Shown piece by piece: positions 23,041 through 32,730 of a DNA stretch of 47,978 bases. The stretch comes from Spongospora subterranea f. sp. subterranea (taxonomy: Eukaryota): NCBI GenBank assembly GCA_049724395.1, contig JAUGWO010000125.1, forward strand, positions 1-47,978, given 5' to 3'. The notes under the pieces were generated by a model. It was not told the origin of the DNA, did not search any database, and saw nothing but the letters and a program-made list of their open reading frames with translations. The position numbers were made by a program, and so were the translations under genes. Each line of letters begins with the position of its first letter. Within the stretch, counting starts at the first letter, position 1.

Positions 23041-24254
23041 CGACAAATGCTCGCAAAGGTTGCCCTTAACTCGTCAGAACCGCTTTCTTTTCATTAGGGA
23101 TTCGACCAATATAATACTGCCGAAACGCTCGATGAGGATCTGTCAGTCATTGATTACACTTGTTCTAGTGCCAATGACCTCGATCATCAAGCCGACCCTC
23201 ACCCATCTGAACAAGCAATTACAGAACGACCACTCGCAGAACGACTACTCGAAGCAACAGCACTGTTAGACGAGTTTGCATCACATTAGAAGTCAATAAT
23301 CCAAAAAGACATTCGGGAAAGTTGCTTGAAGACGTCAAAATGTTAATAGCGAAGGTCAAACAATTGCAGCACAGAGTCAGCGTTAAAAGCAATGTTTGTT
23401 GGAATAAATCCCATTTCGAACAGGCCAACTGCCTCAAGAGTCATCAAAGTGTTCTTCCACATCCATCAGTAGAAGAGCAAAATCGAACGGAAGCAACAAT
23501 GCGCAAAAGCGTGGCGTATCGATCTCATTGTGATTAGCAGACCCTAAGAAAGGGAAGAAAGAACCGCACAATGATCAGGGTGTCACCGTGTTGCTCCATC
23601 TATACAATAATACGCGAACGACTTATAATACAATTGAGATCAGAACAAGTTTACAGGCTCAAATTGACGACAGCAGCTGTAATTGTGGCGGATTGGCGAA
23701 TATGTTCTAGAATGTCATTCACAGCGCGGTCGATTTCGGGAATCAACTCAGGCCTAATCGCCCTTGCTCTTTGTACATCACTGGCATATCTTTGAAAAGA
23801 ATCATCGCCAACTACCTCTGGTTGAATAATTGCCTGATTTGACAGATGACAATTTACACCATGCCCTTTATCAACGAATCCCAGGAAGTGCCGCGATTGT
23901 AGACGTTGGATATATTCAGACGCCAGAACAACCAAGCTACATAGCTCGTCCCGGCACGCCATCAATGCATGGTCAAGTTTTCTCTCACAACATTCCCGCT
24001 TTCTACGAAAACCGGTTGCAATTTTGGCTCGACTCTGCTCACAATGTCGTCACTGGACAAACGCATTCATTTTCTGCAAACGTGGCGTTGATCAGATTGA
24101 TCACGGCTCCGGCATCCTGGCAGTATCAGGCGGCATTGATTGGGGCGGCATGGCAAGCTGCTTTCATTGTTTCAATGAGATTTGCGCCATACCACACGCT
24201 GCAAAGAACCCCGACGACGAAGAAAACGATGTCAAAGCTCTTGAAAACCCTTGT

Positions 24255-25000
24255 TCACCGATTGGATCCAACTTGCGCCAAAAGATGTGAAATGGCATCA
24301 AACTCGGGGACATCTCGATCATGATGAAGCAGAAGGAGCGACTTCGTGTCGTGACGCTTCTCCGTTTTGCCATCAACCCAAACCGCCAGTTTCTTCACGA
24401 CATTGTTGTTAATCTAAATTAAACAAAAAAAATAACAATTCACCAAAAACAAAAAAACAGTATTCCGCTATTCTATATATTGAATAGACTTCGAAGCAAC
24501 ATATGAAATCGACGAAAAATGCAAACGACAAAGGACGTACAGCAAAGAACGATTCTTCGAAATCGTCAAAATTGAAATTTTTAGCATCGTCGTTGCCCAT
24601 AAACATATTGACAACCACGATGAATATCGTGTAGACCATGAAGTAATACGGTCATTCTGCTTCATGCAATAGTTGTGGAGAATGAGCACCTCGGTTGGTC
24701 TCAGCTGGGTATCCCCATTCGCCCTATAATCCTTCATCTCCTTCTTGATGCGCCTGAATGCATTCAACCGCCTGTAATTGTCTCGGGCCCCCTTTCCGCC
24801 AAATCAAGGGCGATGGCGAATGCCTGTCGCATCCGAGCCGGTTGGGAAGAGTCAGCGCTCGTTGCAACTGGCAATCCGGGCATACTCCCTGATAGGCGCC
24901 ACGATGATCGAACTTTTGATGGATCGCCTTGAGAGCAGAGCCCATCTGCGTGATGTTATCTTGATCTAACCAAGATCCAGACGACAGGACTTGAGCACCG
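24255..25000 (-). mobile_element. Intron-containing tyrosine-recombinase-like (Crypton-like) remnant
   Basis: ALKAIH..GAYQGVCPDC..GCDRH..IWRKG, then YTIFIVVVNMFMGNDDA (box I-like, Arg lost). A phase-0 GTACGT..TTTAG intron at 24540-24414 follows, then VKKLAVWVDGKTEK..LLLHHDRDVPEFDAISHLL, resembling the K-beta / 'PE.CP..HLL' region of eukaryotic YRs. It is truncated before HxxR/Tyr. Confidence 0.5.
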
Positions 25001-25199
25001 AACGTACCCACTACCGCTGTCCCATCAGCCATCTGCAAACGGGAACATTCCTCAAGAGTTGCAGTCAGTTCTGCAGAAGAAGTCAACTGTGGTTCCAAAA
25101 GAATTAAGTCAACGATTATGGAGGGACCGGTGTGCGGCGCATCCGACTGCAACGACTCGACGTCTCCAATCAGCTGGCCCCGGAGGTGCTTATCGTGTA

Positions 25200-25400
25200 C
25201 TTGCATTGGTGCTCTCCTTAAGCTATTTGCAAACTTTGCCCAAAGTGACAGTCTTTCGGCAATGCCGCTTCCGCCGATGGTTCCGAACCTGATACTCATT
25301 AATCTGGAAGGTAATGCGTTGACCTGCGTTATCGACCTCTGAAGGTCAGATGTCGGGACGACCCTAATGCGAAGTTCAACAGCGAACCTCACTATGATCA
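25200..25400 (+). pseudogene. Leucine-rich-repeat-like fragment (also 6280-6570 minus and 9481-9750 plus)
   Basis: PNLILINLEGNALTC fits LxxLxLxxNxL; the other copy adds IDLVKFSGDFSPTSIG. Short and broken. Confidence 0.3.
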
Positions 25401-25459
25401 AAGGACAATTTTAGCACTGGGGCAATAACAGATCCAATCACCCAGCCGTATTTACCGGC

Positions 25460-25850
25460 CACTCGCCAATCTTATTAAAGAAGTGCAGTCCAAGGATAAA
25501 ACCGTTCCGCAACTCGTCAACACCATCAATCCTTTCCAGGTTCACGAGGGTCTCCTCTATCAAGAACAAGCCCTCGTGGTCCCTACAGATCGGTGATTAC
25601 TCAACTTCATGATGCACAACTAGTCGGTCATCTCGGTCGACGGAAAACGCGGCAGGCGATTCAACATCATTTCTTGTGGTCGAACATGGACGGCATCATT
25701 CGTCGATATGTTCAATCTTGCGATCGTTGCCAGGCACAAAACTGCAACAAATGCCACCAACAGGGTTACTGCACCGTTCGCCCATCCCAACAAATATATG
25801 GCGGTCAATCTCATTCGATGTTATTGTCAAGTTGATTAACTCTGATAGGT
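25460..25850 (+). mobile_element. Ty3/Gypsy integrase HHCC fragment
   Basis: VITQLHDAQLVGHLGRRKTRQAIQHHFLW...RRYVQSCDRCQ. A partial copy lies at 6585-6750. Confidence 0.9.
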
Positions 25851-25910
25851 AAAAAAAAATCTCGAGACGAAACACATGTAGAGCAGAAGCGGGAAAATGT
25901 TTCTGTTTGA

Positions 25911-26500
25911 TTAAACAGAAGTGATTGGTTCATCCGTTCGATCGGAGAGTCGGGAGGGGTTGGTTGGCGCCGATTTCGTGTAAAATCCACTCAACGAAGA
26001 NNNNNNNNNNNNNNNNNNNNNNNNNNNNNNNNNNNNNNNNNCTCACGACATGACCATCGAGATATTAACATGAGGATCAAAGCGGCGGACAGGTAGGCAT
26101 TTAAGCCAACCCCTGCAAAAGCCAAGATGACATCTCCAAACTCTGGAATAGCGAAGAGGAAAAAGGCGACCCAGGTCAGAAAATATACAGCCGATATCGG
26201 AATGAGACATCGTTTGAACCAAGGAGCAGTAGTTGGGAAATCAGGATTATCCGGACGAAGAAGATTTCTGTTCGTGAAGAAAATTAACACCAACTCACAG
26301 CATATCCAGACGGCGCTGACGATTAAAACGATAGAGGAATGGAAGTAGACACATCGAAATATGTTCCAGGCAAGCATGCCATAGAGAGGGCCCAATGGCA
26401 TTGCATAGGATGAGGAGTTCCGGGTCAGGGAGATCAGATACAAATGGCCTATCGTCCATAAAACACCAACAACAATGTTAAAAAACGGGTCGCTGTCCAT
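25911..26500 (-). CDS. PaxB-like membrane protein, variant C (interrupted by assembly gap)
   Basis: MDSDPFFNIVVGVLWTIGHLY...SRWSCRE, then Ns. The family tail (..FYTKSAPTNPSRLSDRTDEPITSV*) resumes after the gap, with the stop at 25911. Confidence 0.78.
26001..26041. other. Assembly gap (41 N)
   Basis: Run of N. Comparison with variant B implies roughly 130 bases are missing. Confidence 0.99.
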
Positions 26501-27920
26501 AGTACTGTTAAGGAAATGTCATGAGGTCACAGAGTGGCAGATCCCCGACAGATGGTCTGGAGAAAATCGTTACGGCGGGTTTTTTACGGTTAGGGAGAAA
26601 GAGCAGGAGTGGCGGGACAGGAGCAACGAGTTGACAAGAATGGCCAAGGGAGACATTCTTGTCGGACAGCCAGCTGACAACTCTTCAATCACTCTCATCA
26701 TCGACGGTGTCGATCAGCGACTGCTTAGACGTGCTGGTAAAGATGTGCCAACGGGATTGATGAATGTCAAGCGGTTGTGTCGGAACAGTGGGACTCCGCT
26801 GCTATATCGGGAAGACTTTCTACTGTACGTTGTTGCCGAATATGTCTACGACAGCTCCATCCAATCCTGAACCAAAACGATACCAGTTTTGCTTTTCATC
26901 GTGGACGTCCACGATTCGACGGTGCAACAACGTATCCGTCTTAACTCACCCATCGGCGTCCAAACACATCAACGACGCGCGCGTTTTTGTATTGACAGAA
27001 GCCGCGCGAGATAAGAAACGTCCCCCTTGCCCCATTCGATTGAGAGATTGGTCGATAAGGTTTGGTTGGACTCGAACGACATCTCTTCGGGGAGGTCGAC
27101 CAAGCACTGAATCGAGAAACAGCAGACTATGACCATATATCTTTATTTACCAACAGGCTTCACCAATATTCGGATTACACAACACATTCCACTCCTCCAG
27201 CAATTCCTTGTCGTGGAACTGTTAGTAAAATTTCGGCGCTGTCAACTAACGTGATTAAACCGCGATGGGGATGAGATAGGTGTGGCTGTGAAAGAACGGC
27301 GCCCTCGGCGTCAATCCTTCTCAACACTTGATCGAGAAGTTGACCTTGATCAGCAGGACGGAATTTCAGCCTTCAATGCCTTGAAACTCATGGAACAAAC
27401 CCTTTAGTTTTCCACCCGACCCGATGAACGCTGCCGCAAAAGACACACAACGGTTTTCAGTGTTTCAACTGTTCGTACTTATTGTCGTGAAAAGGAGTCC
27501 GTCCGAAGGCACCGGGCCATCGTTCACCCTCGGCACCGTCGTTCGTCAAGTGCAACCCCATTTCTCAAGGTAGAAAAACAACCGATTTATGAAAAAAATG
27601 AGTTTGCCAAATCTGGAGTCGAAGACCAGATCTTCGGCATCAACCCTTTTCATCCTCTGAAGCGAGATGTTCAACTCGGAACAACAGGAAGTCATTGCAG
27701 CGTTTGATGTCATAACAACTCAACAAACAATCCGTGTTGACCTTGCAACGACTCGATGAACGCTGTCGCAGCCCAAAAGTGAATTCCAGACCATCATTAT
27801 CAGCATTGGGATCATCCCCGGCAAGTACTGGTGCACATATGGAATTTGTCGACCAGTTTTGATCCCCATGAAATCCTCGATTATCAATGCGATCATTGCT
27901 GCTGAACATTGGCTATAAAT

Positions 27921-28287
27921 AAACCCTGCCGTCCACAATTAGCTGACCTGTTTTCGGATAAAGTTTTTTCGAGTGGCGACGAACGGAATTTGTGGAAGCA
28001 ACTTGTGCCAACAATGTAGTCAGCGCAGGCGTCCACGATGAGGCAGTTAAAAGGATCTTGCTCTTTGGCCGGAATTCACTTTTAATGACGCGGACCTCGG
28101 TTATTTAGTCAACAAACCTCATCGAGATTGCGGCACCGGCCCAAAAGCAGGATCTCTTTGAATGCCTCATCGTGACGACTGCATTGATCAAATTGTTTGC
28201 ACAAGTTGCTCCCACACGTTCCGTTGGTCGCCACTCGCAAAATTTCATCTGGGAACAGGTCAGCGAATTGTGGACGACGGGGTTTGA
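27921..28287. repeat. Diverged inverted repeat, ~150-bp arms, ~65-bp spacer
   Basis: 27921-28072 (aaaccctgccgtccacaattagctgacctgtt...) pairs with the reverse complement of 28136-28287 (...aacaggtcagcgaattgtggacgacggggttt). Confidence 0.85.
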
Positions 28288-29529
28288 GTATAACCAATAA
28301 TCAGCGCCACTGATCGCGTTCGAGACTCGGGGATGTCATCTGTATCAAGAATGATCGACAGCACCCAGATGTGCACAGTACTTGGCGCGGCTGATCCCGA
28401 TGCTGATGATGAGCTGGATATTAACTGTCAGTGATGCGGTCCCAATCTGTGGATCGAGGGAATGGGCTGCGACAGCGCAGAAGTTGAAATGGTTCGTTCG
28501 TTGAGTTGTTATGGCATCGAAGGCTGCAATTACGTCCTGTTGATCAAGGCCCAACTTCCCGGTCAAGTGGTTGAGAGCATGGACGAGACGCGTGTTTCAG
28601 TGTCTCTCGAACTCGGATTCGGCCGCGACCGACCAGGTAATTGGCTGACCTTCCTTTGTCAGCGATTATGAGATGATATCTTTTTGAAAACCTATTCCCT
28701 GCCAACTAGTTATCGAAGCCCAAGACGCTGTGGGGTGACGCCCTTGGTTGTTGTATAGGTGTGGCCTAGTCAATAATTATCTCCACATTACGTAGGTCCA
28801 TCACGACACTCCCAGGTCGCCAAAACGTTCGACGTCGCTCGCTCGCATCGAATACGCATTTCCCGAGTTTTTCCCCCAAAAAGCCCGGCTGGGGCACTAC
28901 GGTACTGCCGTACTGTTCGCCGGTCGGCCGTACTGCCCCCTCCCCCCGCCAAGACTCAAGAGGCAGTGGGTACAGTCGTGGTCGGGCCTGTTCGCCATCC
29001 GAAACAGGGCGCCACTCTGCACACCGCACATCATGCCGTCCTGCACAATTGCACATCCTGATGATACTGAACTGACTCTGAAACTGGGCAGCCGATTGTG
29101 ATGGCTCGAGAGAATATCAGGGTGAAGAATGTGTGTAGCTCTTTGTCCAAGTACAGATCAGGGGATTCTCTCAGAAAAAGTCTGCTGGATATCAAAAAAT
29201 GAATTTAGTTGATAGCTTGGCTCGTTCTGTTGTTCAGACAAGGCCAACTACACCGAACATACACGAAAGAATTGAGTTCATCAAGCAGCGAAAAGTTGCT
29301 CGAAACGCCACGCCACCGCATTCGAAGTTTTAATCCGCAAATCGCAAGAAAAACACTTTGAGATGGTTGTTATCGGTGCCATGTTAACCAGTGATGGTTG
29401 ACCAGTGATCATAAAGTCCTCTGACCAGCCAACCCTACACGACCTGGTTTCGCCTTCGGCTCATCAGACTACCGCGCCGGTTGCCGTCCTCTTCTCGGTG
29501 ATTCAAAAGATAAGGATGTCCCTTTGTAA

Positions 29530-31250
29530 GTCCGTTTTCGACTTAACGAGAGTCTCTTCTCAATCGTTGTTTCAGGACGAATGCCTGTTCACCCGATGAG
29601 GGATTTGCAGTTGCTGGAGCGACTGAAAATATCCCTGAATTTGTTCGCGTAAGTTTTTGAGAGTAATTTGATTTCAATAATCTTTCCAGTTCTCGAGAAG
29701 CAAAATTCTGGTTTGAATCTGACTTTCTCGAAATTTAAGATTATGCTATCTCTGTAATTTGAGTTGCCGATCGTGCTCGGAAGCCATTTTGAGGTATCGC
29801 ATTTTTTTAGCAATTTGCCTTTCATCTGAATTGCCCTCGATGATTTCCTTGGAGCAATGATTGATTGCGTCCAATAAGGTGCAACCTTTATGTGCTGTGA
29901 CTTTGACATTGTGGTATTTCATTGGTATGGTATACAAATGTTCGCGGATCCTTATGGGTCGGTAATCCTGTGTACTACCAGGTTTTCCCTACTTCCGCCT
30001 GGCCACTACCAGTAGATTGGGTATCCATTGAAGGAACCCATTAGACCAGCTCTATTCACCCCCATAACCTGTCCTAATGACCACACCGAATGGGACCTGC
30101 CCCCCACCCGATTACATTGCCTATCCAGAGTTGTTGAGTTCAATGCCAGGCAGGTCATTCTCCCAATATTCATTATGGTCATGAGTTGAGACCCAATAAA
30201 GACTAATCGTTCTTATAAAGCAGCCTCCTTCTTCAGCTTGCGCAAGATTTTTTGTCATTGCCTTTTCATGGCTCCAAATTGCTGTGTTGAACGTAATTAC
30301 CGGGAGCGTCTTGTAGAGTTGTCTGCATTTCTTGAGTCGGCTTCTGAATACTTCGCAATGTACCGATGTTCGATTGTTTCGGATGTTTGTCGCAGTGTTT
30401 GCACTTGTTCGTGTCTTCCTTTCCAATGTTGCAGAGGTTTGGTCTGCATCTATTATGTCCAGTTTGCGCTCTGTTAATTAGCATGTGTGGCGTGGATCCA
30501 CGTGGTAGTTTGAGAAACCTGTCTCTATCTGGGTAGTTTGGGAAGTGGCTGCGTTTGACGTTCGCCTTCAGGTACTGTTTTGACTGACCTCCTTCGTATA
30601 TCTTGAGTTGAAGTTCAAAGGATGACAGAAATGGTCCATGCTCTATTTTGGTCCCAATATTCGCTGCATTTTTCGCCAGTTGATCAATTTCATTGTTTCG
30701 TCCTGTTGCTCTGTGTTGTCATTGTCAGATGTGTCACTTTTTTGGTGGACATGACTTGGAACGTAGTGAACGTGAGTCTGATTGCCCCGGGATAATTTCG
30801 CTGGCAGTTTATCAGAGTCTGCCACAACTGCATATACTCTTCGAGGTTTGATAGGTAATGATTGTGGTATTTCAATAACGGTTTAAAATGGCTTTGAATA
30901 AAGTTCCACTTCTCGTGTTCGTGACGGTTTGTGTCCATGAACTACCAGATGTCATCTTTTTTCGGTTGTTTTGTCAAGCATCCAGTTCCTATCTCTGAAA
31001 CTATATTTCAGGTTTGAGGGAATTATTGCTCTAGGATAGTCAGCATTCAAAAGTTTTTTAAGGTGACCATTTCATGACTGAACGTTTTTTCAGCTTGACC
31101 TGCCCTCAGAATACTGATGTTTTCTCCTGTAATCCAGCTGTTCTTCGTCAGATAAGGCTTGTATGATGCATAATGTGTGTATTTGCACTTGTTTGTGGGC
31201 TGTTTGTAAGGTTTGACATCGAACCTGTCAAAAACTTCAAATCGTTCCAC
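29530..31250 (-). mobile_element. Non-LTR retrotransposon (LINE) remnant with RNase H-like motif and C-terminal CCHC knuckle
   Basis: VHYVPSHV (RNase H 'wVP.H'). Across frameshifts at ~30340-30480 it reads RAQTGHNRCRPNLCNIGKEDTNKCKHCDKHP/ETIEH/.VHC, the typical LINE TGH..IG..CxxC..ETxxH...C motif. Confidence 0.7.
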
Positions 31251-31482
31251 CTTTAGATATAACTAAAAGTTAGCCTCTGAGCCGAATTATTCTAGATTTA
31301 AATCAAGCGCGCCCGTTTCGACTACACCGTTAATGGACCAGGCAGGCAGCTGCCCGAAGCTTTAGATTCTGTGTCCCTGACTTCCATTCGAAAAATTTGC
31401 ACGGAAATATTACTGTTTAACGATAGTTTTTTGCTTTTAGAAGCACCCATTCTCTTTCGATCTTGCAAATATGCATTTTACA

Positions 31483-31944
31483 GCAACATGTTCAGTGCTG
31501 ATGAAAGCGTAGTCTTTAAACATAATATTCCGTCATCCACAATCAACCGTATTTACGGCCGCGAAAGAGGAACAACGACTTTCCAATCCCCGAAACAGCT
31601 CCCGTGAATATGACTTTTTCAAGGCCACCGCGAACAATAATTGATTGAATACTTGCTCCAATAAATTTAGGCAGGGGACCGCACGCTGAGACACACCTCC
31701 ATAAACCACAATTCGCCTGCAGAAGCAAGAGATTTTCGGTTTGAACTCTTCCCGCTTCACTCGCCGTTAGTTTTCAATCAAATTTTCTTCGCGGTGGCAT
31801 TGAAAAGTCAGAATCACGGGAACGCCGGGGTTGGGAAGTCATTGTTCCTCTTTCGCGGACGTCAATACGGTTGAGTGTGGATGACGGAAATATTATGTTT
31901 TAAGACCAGGTATCCATTGCTTTCAGCAGCACTGAACATGTTGC
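31483..31944. repeat. Diverged inverted repeat (~170-bp arms) made of two P-loop-encoding gene fragments
   Basis: 31483-31652 pairs with 31768-31944. The arms read outward as KVIFTGAVSGIGKSLFLF (minus) and GNAGVGKSLFLF (plus). Confidence 0.8.
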
Positions 31945-32730
31945 AACAAAACGCCAATTTGCAAGGTCAAAAGAGAATGGGTTCGCCTAAGGCAAGCATT
32001 ATCAATATAACACAAAAGAAGAAAGATTTTACCATGCTTGTCGAAGCGAGTCTGCAGAAAAGTGAGCCGAGCCACAAATTGTGTGACCATCTCGCCATAC
32101 ATTGTGACCATCGCTCCGTACATCAAAATCAACTCTCTATTCATTCTTCTGATCCCACATGAAGTATTGCTGGATCAAGCTGGCGCTCATTGTCCAATAT
32201 TCTACACTGCTGCCTTCCGTAGAAGTCTGAACCTTATCTCAGTTTCAATGCGGCTAATCATCCTCCCAGATTAGCTAGGGATCGTTGGCTTGGTAAGCTT
32301 TTATCATACCAACTACCTTCATGCTCCTTTGCTTAATCTAGAAAGTCGATACGGGGCAAATGGTTTCAAGGCAGCGAACGGCGATTCTTCAATCGCCGAC
32401 GGGTTTCTCTTGATGCTGTGATTACGATCGTCCGGTCGAAAGTAGTGCCATCATCAATTGACCTCATTGAGCAGCGATAATCGCATCGCCCGGTGGCTCG
32501 TGCTTTTCTGGTATCGCATCGCCAACTCGAACCAGTTACGGGAGATGAATGAATAGAGCAGAAGCTATTAATCAGTTTTTCGTCTGAACGCCATGGACGT
32601 CACGAACCTCGGTCTCCGGGGGTTCGTGTCGCCCGATACCGCAGCCCCAATTCAACAAAGGAGAGGGCGTAGTTACAATAAAAGTGCAATTGAAAGACGG
32701 TTATATGTGTATTTGAGATACGGTTGGGGA

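Noticed and set aside
23830..24240. Helitron Rep fragment (SMHGQVFSH)
   Set aside because: Only a weak resemblance to one short motif; no Rep or helicase motifs or termini.
28300..28680. hAT transposase remnant (AAHSLDP, DTETRV)
   Set aside because: Suggestive but too short and broken to support a call.
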